DNA of 64,000 nucleotides from an uncultured Clostridium sp. (GTDB lineage Bacteria; Bacillota; Clostridia; TANB77; CAG-508): positions 408 through 64,407 of the forward strand of contig CAKNJL010000004.1 of the NCBI GenBank assembly GCA_930982035.1. Direction: 5' to 3'. This document shows positions 8,923-19,099 of the stretch, piece by piece. The notes beneath the pieces are model-generated. The model was not told where the DNA came from and made no database searches. It saw only the letters and a program-made list of their open reading frames with translations. Every line of letters begins with the position of its first letter. Positions within the stretch are counted from its first letter, which is position 1. The position numbers were made by a program, and so were the translations under genes.

Positions 8923-9028
8923 GAAAAATATTTATTTTCACTTTATGTTACAAAACTAAAAAACGAATGGTATTTACTATAAAGTGAAAAGCAATAAATA
9001 AAAAAATAAAATAAAGTGAGGAATTTAT

Positions 9029-10216
9029 ATGAAAATATTGGTTTTAAATTCAGGTAGTTCATCATTAAAGTATCAAGTAATTGATATGGAAACAGAAGAG
9101 GTTTTAGCAAAAGGATATTTTGAAAGGATAGGTCAATCAGATTCATTTTTAACACATAAAGTAAATGGAAAAAAGCATAAATTTGAACATTATGCTGAAA
9201 ACCATGATAAAGCTATCTCTTTTGTATTAAGCAGATTAATGAATCCACATTATGGAGTAATAAAAAGTTTAGATGAATTAGCTGGAATTGGTCATAGAGT
9301 TGCACACGGAGGAGAAAGATTTACAAATCCAGTAGTAATAACTGATGAAGTAATAGAAGAAATAGAAAAATGTATAGAATTAGCACCATTACATAATCCA
9401 GCGTCTATACTAGGGATAAAAGCTTGTAAAAAACTTGTACCAAACATGAAAATGGTAGCAGTATTTGATACAGCTTTTCATCAAACATTAGAAAAAGAAA
9501 GATATTTATATCCAATTCCATATGAATATTATGAGAAATATGGAATAAGAAAATATGGATTCCATGGGACTTCACATAAATATGTAGCAAATAGAGTTGC
9601 AGAACTTGTCGGAAAAGACATCAAAGATTTGAAAATAATAAATTGCCATTTAGGACAAGGAGCAAGTATTTGTGCAATAGAAAATGGTAAATCTGTAGAA
9701 ACAAGTATGGGATTAACACCACTAGGAGGAATATCAATGGGAACAAGAAGTGGAGATTTAGACCCATCAATAATTACATATATAATGAAAAAAGAAAATT
9801 TAAAATCAGAAGAAATGGAAGATATTTTAAATAAATATTCTGGAGCATATGGAATATCAGGAGTATCTGTAGATTTTAGAGACATAGAAGCAGAAGCAGG
9901 AGAGGGAGAAGAAAGGTCAATATTAGCATTAGATAATTTTCATTATTTAGTAGCAGGTTATGTCGCAAGATGTGCAGTAGCAATGAATGGATTTGACATA
10001 TTAACATTTACAGCAGGTGTAGGAGAAAAAGGACAAGATTCGAGAGAAGCAATTTGTGACTATCTAGAAGTTTTTGGAGTGAAAATTGATAAGGAATATA
10101 ATCAAAAAGTAAAAGGAGAAGAAGCAGAAATTTCTAGCAAAGATGCTAAAGTTAGAACATTTGTAATCCCGACAAATGAAGAATTAATGATAGCAAGGGA
10201 AACTTTAAGCAAATAA
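9029..10216 (+). CDS. ackA: Acetate kinase (copy 1)
   Basis: MKILVLNSGSSSLKYQ, HRVAHGG, FDTAFHQT, GFHGTSH, MGTRSGDLDP and IPTNEELMIA motifs. Confidence 0.93.
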   Translation: MKILVLNSGSSSLKYQVIDMETEEVLAKGYFERIGQSDSFLTHKVNGKKHKFEHYAENHDKAISFVLSRLMNPHYGVIKSLDELAGIGHRVAHGGERFTNPVVITDEVIEEIEKCIELAPLHNPASILGIKACKKLVPNMKMVAVFDTAFHQTLEKERYLYPIPYEYYEKYGIRKYGFHGTSHKYVANRVAELVGKDIKDLKIINCHLGQGASICAIENGKSVETSMGLTPLGGISMGTRSGDLDPSIITYIMKKENLKSEEMEDILNKYSGAYGISGVSVDFRDIEAEAGEGEERSILALDNFHYLVAGYVARCAVAMNGFDILTFTAGVGEKGQDSREAICDYLEVFGVKIDKEYNQKVKGEEAEISSKDAKVRTFVIPTNEELMIARETLSK

Positions 10217-10231
10217 AGGAGGCTTAATAAA

Positions 10232-10423
10232 ATGGGGAATTGTAAAGAATGGAGAGAAAAGCAAAGAAGAATAAGCGATGAAGAGTTAAGTATATTAACA
10301 AGACATATTAATGAAAATATGAAAAAACATGATCAAGATATAGAAGCAAAAATGGAACTATCTGATAGAGAAGAATTAAATATGTACAAAGTTAGAGACA
10401 ACCATGATGATAGAATTTGGTAA
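10232..10423 (+). CDS. Small acidic hypothetical protein (63 aa) between the two ackA copies
   Basis: Good SD aaggagg upstream. Charged sequence with no recognisable motif. Confidence 0.45.
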   Translation: MGNCKEWREKQRRISDEELSILTRHINENMKKHDQDIEAKMELSDREELNMYKVRDNHDDRIW

Positions 10424-10470
10424 TATATAATTAAACTATTTGTAATTGAATTTAAGGAGGAATTTTAAAA

Positions 10471-11661
10471 ATGAAAATTTTAGTTTTAAATTGTGGTAGT
10501 TCATCACTAAAATATCAATTGATTAATATGGAAACAGAGGAAGTATTAGCTTCTGGAAAATATGAAAGGATTGGAGAAGAAGAGGCTTTTATAACACATA
10601 AAGTAAATGGACAAAAAATAGAGATAAAAAAACCTGCATATAATCATAAAGAAGCAATAGAGTTTACTTTACAACAATTTACTAATCCAGATTATAAAGT
10701 TATTGATTCTTTAGATGAAATCAATGCAGTAGGACATAGAATAGTGCATGGAGGAGAAAAGATAACAGATTCAGTTTTAATAAATGATGATATAGTAAAA
10801 ATAATTGAAGAATGTACAGATTTAGCACCACTACATAATCCAGCATGTATTTTAGGAATAGAAGCTTGTAAAGAAGTAATGCCAGATAAGCCAATGGTTG
10901 GAGTATTTGATACAGCATTTCACTCATCAATTCCAAAAAATAAATATATATATCCAATACCATATGAATATTATCAAAAATATGGTATAAGAAAATATGG
11001 TTTCCATGGTACTTCACATATGTATGTATCTCAAAGATTAGGAGAAATTGAAAATAAATCACTTGAAGGAACAAAAATAGTAACATGTCATTTGGGACAA
11101 GGTTCTAGTATTTGTGCTGTTAAAGATGGAAAATCTTTAGATACAAGTATGGGATTAACACCACTTGGAGGATTACCAATGGTAACAAGAAGTGGAGATT
11201 TAGATCCATCAGTAGTTACATATATAATGAAAAAGGAAAACATAGGTCCTCAAGAAATGGAAGATATCCTAAATAAAAAATCTGGATTAGCAAGTGTATC
11301 AGGTATGGCACCAGATTTTAGAGTTATAGAAGATGAGTCAAACAAAGGAACAGAAATGGCTAAAATAGCAATAGAACAATTCACTTATTCAATTGCAAGT
11401 TATATAGCAAAATATGCAGTAGCAATGAAAGGTATTGATTATATTGTATTTACAGGAGGAGTTGGTGAAAACCAAATAAATATAAGAAAAGGTATTTGTG
11501 AAAAATTAGAATTTATGGGAGTTAAACTAGATTTGGACGCAAATAATATGAGAGGAGAAGAAAAGGTAATCTCAACATTAGACTCAAAAGTAAAAGTTTA
11601 TGTAATCCCAACAAATGAAGAATTAATGATAGCTAAAGAGACGAAAAGGCTTGTTAAATAA
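10471..11661 (+). CDS. Acetate/short-chain acyl kinase paralog (copy 2)
   Basis: Full-length AckA homolog, by eye about 60% identical to copy 1. SD aaggagg. It carries MVTRSGDLDP instead of MGTRSGD. Confidence 0.88.
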   Translation: MKILVLNCGSSSLKYQLINMETEEVLASGKYERIGEEEAFITHKVNGQKIEIKKPAYNHKEAIEFTLQQFTNPDYKVIDSLDEINAVGHRIVHGGEKITDSVLINDDIVKIIEECTDLAPLHNPACILGIEACKEVMPDKPMVGVFDTAFHSSIPKNKYIYPIPYEYYQKYGIRKYGFHGTSHMYVSQRLGEIENKSLEGTKIVTCHLGQGSSICAVKDGKSLDTSMGLTPLGGLPMVTRSGDLDPSVVTYIMKKENIGPQEMEDILNKKSGLASVSGMAPDFRVIEDESNKGTEMAKIAIEQFTYSIASYIAKYAVAMKGIDYIVFTGGVGENQINIRKGICEKLEFMGVKLDLDANNMRGEEKVISTLDSKVKVYVIPTNEELMIAKETKRLVK

Positions 11662-11792
11662 AGTTATTTTTTAAAAGATATTGACAAAGGCAGGTTACAA
11701 TTATAAAATAATATTGTAATCTGTTTTTTATATTATAGTAAATATAAAAAATAATATTGCACAAAAAATTGCAAGCAATTAATGGAGAAAAA

Positions 11793-12779
11793 ATGAAAGA
11801 GAAAGTAGATATATTATTAGCGACATATAAACCAAACATTACATATTTAAAAGAACAAATAGAAAGTGTATTAAATCAAACATACAAAAACATAAAATTA
11901 TACATATCTGATGATTGCTCAAATGAGCAAGAAGTAATAGAAATACTAGAAGATTATGCAAAAAGCGATGACAGAATAGAACTATATGTTCAAGAGAAAA
12001 ATTTAGGATATATAAAAAATTTTGAATTTCTATTAACAAAGTCGACAGCAAAATATGTAGCATTTTGTGACCAAGACGATATTTGGTATCCAAATAAAAT
12101 AGAAAAATCTTTAAATACATTAATAGAGAAAAATGTTGATTTGATATATTGCAATTCTAAACATATAAATGAAAATGATGAAATTATAAATTTAAATTAT
12201 TTTAAACATAAAAATATGCCTTTGGTAAAAGGTAAAAACAACATTTTAACAATATCAAGATACTTAGGATTAGGTTGCTCTCAAATTTTCACATCAGAAG
12301 TTAGACAAAAAATGTTACCATATAAAGAATCTGTAATGGCACATGATTGGCTTGCAAGTTTTATAGCAAGTGAAGCAAAAGGCGTAGACTATATTGAGGA
12401 ACCACTTTTTTCATACAGATTACATACAAGTAATGTTTTCGGCGGGAGAAGTTTAAATCAAAACATTAGTAGATGGAAACAAGAACATGGGAAATCTTAT
12501 CAAAGTTATTTGCAATATAGAAATGAAAAAGTAATAGATAAAGCATATTTAAACGGAGTAAAAATGTGCTTAGAATATGCAAGAGATGAGAACAATAAAA
12601 AAGCAATTCAACGAATTATTCAATATTATGAAAAATTAAAACAATCCAAGTTTATAAATTTACACCTCATAAGTTATATAAATTTCCTAAGTGGAAGAAA
12701 CATGTTTAAAAAAATGGTGAAGGAAATAATTATTTTTCATTTTCCAATATTAGGATATATGAGGTTTGTATTACAATAA
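11793..12779 (+). CDS. Family-2 glycosyltransferase (rhamnosyltransferase-like)
   Basis: DILLATY...SVLNQTY..ISDDCS and DQDDIW motifs. ATG at 11793 follows ggag. Paralog of 19100..20092. Confidence 0.8.
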   Translation: MKEKVDILLATYKPNITYLKEQIESVLNQTYKNIKLYISDDCSNEQEVIEILEDYAKSDDRIELYVQEKNLGYIKNFEFLLTKSTAKYVAFCDQDDIWYPNKIEKSLNTLIEKNVDLIYCNSKHINENDEIINLNYFKHKNMPLVKGKNNILTISRYLGLGCSQIFTSEVRQKMLPYKESVMAHDWLASFIASEAKGVDYIEEPLFSYRLHTSNVFGGRSLNQNISRWKQEHGKSYQSYLQYRNEKVIDKAYLNGVKMCLEYARDENNKKAIQRIIQYYEKLKQSKFINLHLISYINFLSGRNMFKKMVKEIIIFHFPILGYMRFVLQ

Positions 12780-12804
12780 TAATATATATTAAGGGGGGGA
12801 AAGT

Positions 12805-15369
12805 ATGAAAATAAAAAAAGGATTTATTTTTATAACATTAATATTTTTTGTTTTACTATTTGGACTTAGTATACCAAGTGTTGCTACTCCGAATGTAATT
12901 TTGCATGTTGATTATCCTAGCCAAGAAAATATCCAGCAAGATAAATTATATATAGAAGGTTGGTTCTTAACAGATAACAATGATACAAAATTAGAGATAT
13001 TATTTGATGGAAAGGACAGAACAAAAGAAATAAACAGAAGTGAGAGAGAGGATGTCTTGAAAGCAGAACCTAGTTTTGATAGAAACATAAATCAAAAACC
13101 AGGTTTTATTGGAACATTAGATTTGTCAAATGAGAAAGATGGAACACATACTCTGACAATTAATGTTGTAAATAATGATATAATACTAGCAACGCAAACA
13201 AAGACAATCTTTTTATCAAAGTATAAATCTGTATTACATGTAGATTATCCAACTAAAGATATAAAAGGAACGAATTTATATATAGAAGGATGGGGAATAT
13301 CAGATAGTAGTAATTTTGATATACAAGTATCAATAGATAACCACGAAATAACTGAAGGAATAAAAAGAGTAGAAAGACAAGATGTTTTAAATGCATACAA
13401 AGAATATAATAATGATATTAACAAAACGCCAGGCTTTGAAGGGAATATTGATATTTCATCTTTAATTGATGGAAGACATACTGTAACTTTTAAAATTATT
13501 AATACAATTACAAAAGAAACAATGCAAGAACAAAAAAGAGAATTTTATGTATCAAAATATAACACATTATTGCATGTGGATTATCCAAGAAACGGAGAAT
13601 CTGTTGATGAAATTTATATGGAAGGTTGGGTAATGTCTGAAAATCCTAATCTAGAAGTTAAAATTAGTATAGATGATATAGATTATAGTAATCAAATTCA
13701 AAGAGTAGAAAGAGAAGATGTTTTAAAAGCAGTAGAAGGCTATGGTTCTAGTGATACAAATAAATTACCAGGATTTGAAGGGATTATAGATTCTTCTAAT
13801 CTAAGTTATGGTAACCATACTGTTAAAATTGATATATATATGCCAGATACTAATGAAACAGCTATAACTGAGATACGTAATATAACACTAAGACCGAAAG
13901 AAACTTTATTAAATGTAGATTATCCAAAAATAAACGGAAATGTAAATTCGGACTTATATGTTGAAGGTTGGGTTATGTCAGAAGAAACAGATATACAAGT
14001 AAGGGTAAAAGTAAATGAAAAAGATTATACAAGCAATATAGAAAGAGTAGAAAGAACTGATGTGTGGAATGCTATAAAAGACTATGGAGGAAAAGAAAAT
14101 AATTTATTACCAGGATTTATAGGAACTTTAGATCTTTCTGATTTAAAAGATGGACAAAACACAGTTAGAATAGAGATACTTTCTAAAGAAGGATTTTTAA
14201 TAACACAAGATGTAAGAAATATATATTTGACAAAATATAAATCAACTTTGTACATGGATTATCCAAAACCAAATCAAAATTATAGAGATACATTATATAT
14301 AGAGGGTTGGTATTTATCTGAAACACCTGATAAGTATGTGAAAATATATATAGATAGTTGGGATGTAACAAATCAGGTTAGTTTTGTTGAGCGTAATGAT
14401 GTTTTAAATTCTGTTAGTGGTTATGGAACAAAAGAAGCAAATCCAACACCAGGAATAATAGGATATATAGATATTTCTAACATACCTGCACAGTATAATT
14501 ATTATTATGATTTAGATATAAAAGTTATGAATTCTGTTACAGATGAAATTATAGCAAGAGAAACAATGAAAATAGCAATAAATCAAATACCTTATGAAAG
14601 TGGATATTATGGATATAGTGGATTAGCGGCTTTAGGTGATGGAAGGGGTAGTGATTTATACTATTACAAAATAGGTAATGGACCAAATGTATTTTTTGCA
14701 ACATTTTCTGTTCATGGATTTGAGGATTTATGGAATAATGACGGAACGGAGTTAACATTAATTGCAGAAGATTTAAAAAACCATTTGTTAAAAATGCAAG
14801 ATCAAGCTTTATCAGATAAGTGGACTATTTATATTATACCAGAGGTAAATCCAGATGGTAGAAAATATGGATATACAAATAATGGACCAGGAAGGACAAC
14901 TTTATATAGTTGGGCACCAAACAATAAAGGAATTGATTTAAATCGTTCTTGGCAAGTGGGAAGTTATAGACGTTATACAGATAATAGAAATTATAATGGA
15001 ACAGAAGGTTTTCAAGCGTATGAAGCAAGATTTTTAAGAGATTTCTTATATGCTAATAGATCAAAGACAGGACAAACAGTGTTAGTTGATTTACATGGAT
15101 GGACGCAACAATTAATAGGAGATCCAAGTATTTGTAGTTATTATAAAGCACAATTTCCAGAAAATAGTAGCAGAACTGTAGGACAATATGGAGATGGATA
15201 TTTAATTAACTGGGCAAGAAATAATTTAGGTTCATCAAACTATTCAGCAAAAGCAGCATTAATAGAATTACCAAGTGCAGGAATAAATGGTCATAATTCT
15301 GTTATACAAAATGGGTTCCCAACAAGATATATTAATGCAACATTAAATATGTTAAGAAATATTGTATGA
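12805..15369 (+). CDS. Secreted cell-wall hydrolase: signal peptide, 5 copies of an unassigned ~112-aa repeat module, C-terminal M14 zinc carboxypeptidase-like domain
   Basis: N-terminal hydrophobic signal. Repeats span nt ~12895-14580 (LHVDYP...LYIEGW...VER.DVLNA...PGF.G.ID.S.L.DG.HT). The M14 domain has HGFE (HxxE), NPDG, DLNRSW and DLHGW. Confidence 0.8.
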   Translation: MKIKKGFIFITLIFFVLLFGLSIPSVATPNVILHVDYPSQENIQQDKLYIEGWFLTDNNDTKLEILFDGKDRTKEINRSEREDVLKAEPSFDRNINQKPGFIGTLDLSNEKDGTHTLTINVVNNDIILATQTKTIFLSKYKSVLHVDYPTKDIKGTNLYIEGWGISDSSNFDIQVSIDNHEITEGIKRVERQDVLNAYKEYNNDINKTPGFEGNIDISSLIDGRHTVTFKIINTITKETMQEQKREFYVSKYNTLLHVDYPRNGESVDEIYMEGWVMSENPNLEVKISIDDIDYSNQIQRVEREDVLKAVEGYGSSDTNKLPGFEGIIDSSNLSYGNHTVKIDIYMPDTNETAITEIRNITLRPKETLLNVDYPKINGNVNSDLYVEGWVMSEETDIQVRVKVNEKDYTSNIERVERTDVWNAIKDYGGKENNLLPGFIGTLDLSDLKDGQNTVRIEILSKEGFLITQDVRNIYLTKYKSTLYMDYPKPNQNYRDTLYIEGWYLSETPDKYVKIYIDSWDVTNQVSFVERNDVLNSVSGYGTKEANPTPGIIGYIDISNIPAQYNYYYDLDIKVMNSVTDEIIARETMKIAINQIPYESGYYGYSGLAALGDGRGSDLYYYKIGNGPNVFFATFSVHGFEDLWNNDGTELTLIAEDLKNHLLKMQDQALSDKWTIYIIPEVNPDGRKYGYTNNGPGRTTLYSWAPNNKGIDLNRSWQVGSYRRYTDNRNYNGTEGFQAYEARFLRDFLYANRSKTGQTVLVDLHGWTQQLIGDPSICSYYKAQFPENSSRTVGQYGDGYLINWARNNLGSSNYSAKAALIELPSAGINGHNSVIQNGFPTRYINATLNMLRNIV

Positions 15370-15383
15370 AAGGATAGTAGTAA

Positions 15384-16148
15384 ATGACTAAAAGAGTGAA
15401 AACAATAAGTATAATTGTGGTAGTACTTATAATTCTAAGTGTTAGTTTTGTTGTGATAAGAAAAAAAATTTTTCAAACTGATGCTGAAAACAATGAAAAT
15501 AATATAGAGAACAGTTATACAACTATTGATAAAGAAAATGAAATTGCATATAATGAATCAACAGGGGTAAATGAATTAAAAGAAGCTACAGGAGCAACAG
15601 GAGATTCTAATATATATCAAGTGGAAGAAGAATATGATGGAAGAAAAGCATTAGTAATAAAACCGTCTCTTCAATACCAGGTTGTTTTTGCAGGAATGAT
15701 AAAAGAAGATAAACCAGAATTATCTGAGATTGAAGAGATATATAATACTAATATAGTTCAGAGTCAAGGGATATTTGTTAAGAAAGATTCACAGTCTAAA
15801 TTCTTAGAAATGTTAGAAACTTGTTCAAATTCAAGTTATTATTTTGATGACCAGGACATGTTACAAATAAGAGAAGAAATTCAACCTAATGAAAATGATG
15901 AAATACTGAAAAATGTTATAAATAGCGAGAAACAATATGTCATAGATATTGATGGAACGTGTTATATTATAGATCAAATGACAGGTGAAGTTGTAAATTA
16001 TGATTATGAAATCATGAATCCTTATCAGCCATATCAATACTATCAGAATGAAAATAAAATCATCATGATGATAACTGAAAATATTGAGGGAAAATTGCAG
16101 GATGAGGAAATTATAAAAAGTGTAATAGATTTGATGGCACAAATATAG
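15384..16148 (+). CDS. Membrane-anchored hypothetical protein
   Basis: Single N-terminal TM helix followed by an acidic extracytoplasmic region. No recognisable motif. Confidence 0.55.
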   Translation: MTKRVKTISIIVVVLIILSVSFVVIRKKIFQTDAENNENNIENSYTTIDKENEIAYNESTGVNELKEATGATGDSNIYQVEEEYDGRKALVIKPSLQYQVVFAGMIKEDKPELSEIEEIYNTNIVQSQGIFVKKDSQSKFLEMLETCSNSSYYFDDQDMLQIREEIQPNENDEILKNVINSEKQYVIDIDGTCYIIDQMTGEVVNYDYEIMNPYQPYQYYQNENKIIMMITENIEGKLQDEEIIKSVIDLMAQI

Positions 16149-16154
16149 AAAATA

Positions 16155-16190
16155 AAAACTAGAGTAAATATGATTCTCTAGTTTTTTATT
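16155..16190. terminator. Bidirectional terminator between convergent genes
   Basis: aaaactagag / ctctagtttt 10-bp stem with flanking A/T runs. Confidence 0.6.
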
Positions 16191-16275
16191 ATATGAAATA
16201 GCATTTTATTTTAAATAAAGTTACAAATTTTAAATGTTCAAAAAAAGCTTATACCATTTTTTAGAGTTTGTTAAC

Positions 16276-18135
16276 TTAATATTGATATAGAATGTTTTCT
16301 CCAATTTCTGTTATATTTAGTGGAAGAGTTTGATTCATGTAATTTACAATATTTAAATTAGTATTATCTATAATAATCCAATTTATTTTATATTTTTTTC
16401 TTAGAACGTTAAAGTCTTCAATACTAAGGTTTGGAACTGCATTCCTATAGATGTCACGAAGTGATTGAAGTTCCGATAATTCTTCTTGTGAAAGTATTTC
16501 ATACATATACATATCTCTTGACCAAATTATATTTATCTCAGAGCTTAATTGTCTCATGGTAGCACTATGTAAAGGTTCTGGCGGTGCTAGAACAGTAGCA
16601 GGTTCTGTGCTATTTTTTTCAGTTTCCTTATCCAATATATACTGTGTTTGGTCTATAATTGATTGAGGAATCTTATAAAAGTTTTCAGCTATTTCAAATC
16701 CATTGTCTTTTGTATAAACAAATTTCCCCATAAAGATTAGTAGTAATATTTCTATTAATAGAACTAGGGATTTGTATACTTTATTATTTTTTAAATTTAG
16801 TAGTATAACAAAAGAATATATTATTGAAAATTCTAGTGGTAGTAGCCAGAACAATCTCCAAAATACTTCAGTACCAGTAAAATATTGAGTGATATACTTA
16901 GTTAAAAATGGATTATATAATGTAACTAAGTAAATTAAAGGTACTAATACAAAATATCTTCGAGCCATAGAGTTTCCTTTAAGTAAGATTATAATAATGG
17001 AGAAGATATATAAAATAAAGTAATATCCGGTACCAATATAATTTTTAAAAATATCTAATATATTCAAATTCTCATTATATGTAGAACCATGAATGTTTTT
17101 GGCTATTATTAAATATAAAATACCATATATAGCGATTGGTAATCCTGTTAAGAGTAATTTTCCAAAAGTTTTCCAGTTTCTTTGAAATAATGCAATAATG
17201 CCAAATCCTATATAAGCAAAAGGAACTAAGAAAATAGCTGTGTTAGTAAAAAATACTGCTGATAAATTTAATATTAATAAGGCTTTTATATTTCTTTTTT
17301 CGTTATATTTTGATAGACTAATTAAATTTACTAGTATTAATGTAAGTACAATATTTAAAAATATTTCTTTTCCTTGCCACATTCTGCTTAGTAAGATAAT
17401 ACCTCTAAATCTTGATGTGAATCCACTAAATAAAAATAATATAGAGAGTAGTAATACATAAATCATGGCAGTTCTATTTTTATGTAATAATTTTCTTGCT
17501 AAAAGATAATATGCCATATATGAAAATAAAATCATTATAAAAGGTATTATAGTATGACATAATGTTGTTGAGGGGATATTAAAGATTTTAGCAAGAACGG
17601 ATAAACTTAATTCATATCCAGATATCATATATCTAGATAAAAATATCGTGTTTTCACTTCCTAATGAAGGTGCGTGTGTATAGATGGCATCAGAGTTTTG
17701 ATTTTCTTCTACTAGACTAACATAGAAAGCATCATCAGCATTTTCATTAAAAAGCAAACTAGAAACTGTAGCTTGAGTCAAAACCATTAAAATTAATATA
17801 GAAGCGATGACAAAGTCTGTTTTCTTTATGTGCTTTAATTTAGCATAGTTGTGTTTAAAAAATTTTTTTTCTTGCTTTGGTTTACAAATAAAGAAAGAAG
17901 TTATAAAGAGTATACTAATTATAAATATGGTTATATACAAGACAAATTCGAAACTTACATGCAATAAAATTAAAGGAATGTAAATGATTTGTAAAATTGC
18001 AACTGTTGTTAAAAAACCATATAATATAATTGATATATAATTATGGTTTTTTAATATTTTATTTATTATTAATCCTATTCTATAGCTAATAATTACAATT
18101 GTTAAATATAAAAATATAGTTTTCATAAAAAGCAT
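16276..18135 (-). CDS. Large polytopic membrane protein, GT-C-like glycosyltransferase/polymerase candidate
   Basis: More than 12 predicted TM segments. An acidic ENADDAFYV motif sits in the first external loop, as in GT-C enzymes. SD aaggag upstream. Confidence 0.6.
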   Translation of the reverse strand: MLFMKTIFLYLTIVIISYRIGLIINKILKNHNYISIILYGFLTTVAILQIIYIPLILLHVSFEFVLYITIFIISILFITSFFICKPKQEKKFFKHNYAKLKHIKKTDFVIASILILMVLTQATVSSLLFNENADDAFYVSLVEENQNSDAIYTHAPSLGSENTIFLSRYMISGYELSLSVLAKIFNIPSTTLCHTIIPFIMILFSYMAYYLLARKLLHKNRTAMIYVLLLSILFLFSGFTSRFRGIILLSRMWQGKEIFLNIVLTLILVNLISLSKYNEKRNIKALLILNLSAVFFTNTAIFLVPFAYIGFGIIALFQRNWKTFGKLLLTGLPIAIYGILYLIIAKNIHGSTYNENLNILDIFKNYIGTGYYFILYIFSIIIILLKGNSMARRYFVLVPLIYLVTLYNPFLTKYITQYFTGTEVFWRLFWLLPLEFSIIYSFVILLNLKNNKVYKSLVLLIEILLLIFMGKFVYTKDNGFEIAENFYKIPQSIIDQTQYILDKETEKNSTEPATVLAPPEPLHSATMRQLSSEINIIWSRDMYMYEILSQEELSELQSLRDIYRNAVPNLSIEDFNVLRKKYKINWIIIDNTNLNIVNYMNQTLPLNITEIGENILYQY

Positions 18136-18293
18136 TGAATATTTCTCCTTCTTTTCATTTTTATATTGAGATTATAACATAGCATATTATATATAACAAG
18201 TATAAAATTACATTTTTCGATAGATTTAATTGACAAAATATTAAATTAAATATACAATATAACAAAATAGAAAATGAGGAGTGAAAATACAAG

Positions 18294-19088
18294 ATGAGTT
18301 TTATAAAAGAAGTATGGAGAAATAGGAAATTAATATGGCAATTAGGGAAAAATGATTTTAAAAATAGATTTGCAAATACGAGTTTAGGTAGTATATGGGG
18401 GTATTTATCACCATTTATTTTTATGATGATGTATGTAATAGTATTTCAATTTATATTCAAAACACCAGGACCAAGTGCAGATATTCCATATATTGTATGG
18501 TTTATGCCAGGGATGGCTATGTGGATGTGCTTAAATGATGGAATTATTGGTGCTAGCAATGCTATTAGAGGATATAGTTATTTGGTAAAGAAGGTTGTAT
18601 TTCCAGTAGATGTTATACCGATTATTTCAATTATTGCAAATGCCTTTGTTGCTATATTTCTATTTTTATTAGCTACAGTAGTTTGTATTGCATACAAATG
18701 TATACCTAATATTTTAAGCATAATTTATATTATAGTAGCTGCATATGCTTTTTTAATAGCAGTAACAAGATTTACATCTGCTATAGTAACGTTAGTACCA
18801 GATTTTTCTAACTTATTAGGTATTATTATGCAATTGTTTTTCTGGTTAACACCAGTTGTTTGGAACTTATCAATGATAGCAAATAATCCAATGATTTTAC
18901 GAGTTTTAAAATGTATTCCATTTACATACTTGGTAACAGGATTTAGAGATTGCTTTATGGAAGGAAACATTGTAACAGCAGGACATGGAGCATATACGAT
19001 TGTTTTCTGGGTAATTACAATTATAATGTTTGTATGGGGGAATTATATCTTTAAAAAGAATAAAAAAGATTTTGCAGATGTACTATAA
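18294..19088 (+). CDS. ABC-2 type polysaccharide/teichoic-acid export permease (Wzm/TagG-like)
   Basis: 264 aa with 6 TM segments. The N-terminal KNDFKNRFANTSLGSIWGYLSP motif is typical of ABC-2 exporters. Promoter-like TTGACA-N17-TACAAT at 18231-18259. Confidence 0.85.
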   Translation: MSFIKEVWRNRKLIWQLGKNDFKNRFANTSLGSIWGYLSPFIFMMMYVIVFQFIFKTPGPSADIPYIVWFMPGMAMWMCLNDGIIGASNAIRGYSYLVKKVVFPVDVIPIISIIANAFVAIFLFLLATVVCIAYKCIPNILSIIYIIVAAYAFLIAVTRFTSAIVTLVPDFSNLLGIIMQLFFWLTPVVWNLSMIANNPMILRVLKCIPFTYLVTGFRDCFMEGNIVTAGHGAYTIVFWVITIIMFVWGNYIFKKNKKDFADVL

Positions 19089-19099
19089 GGAAGGAAAAA

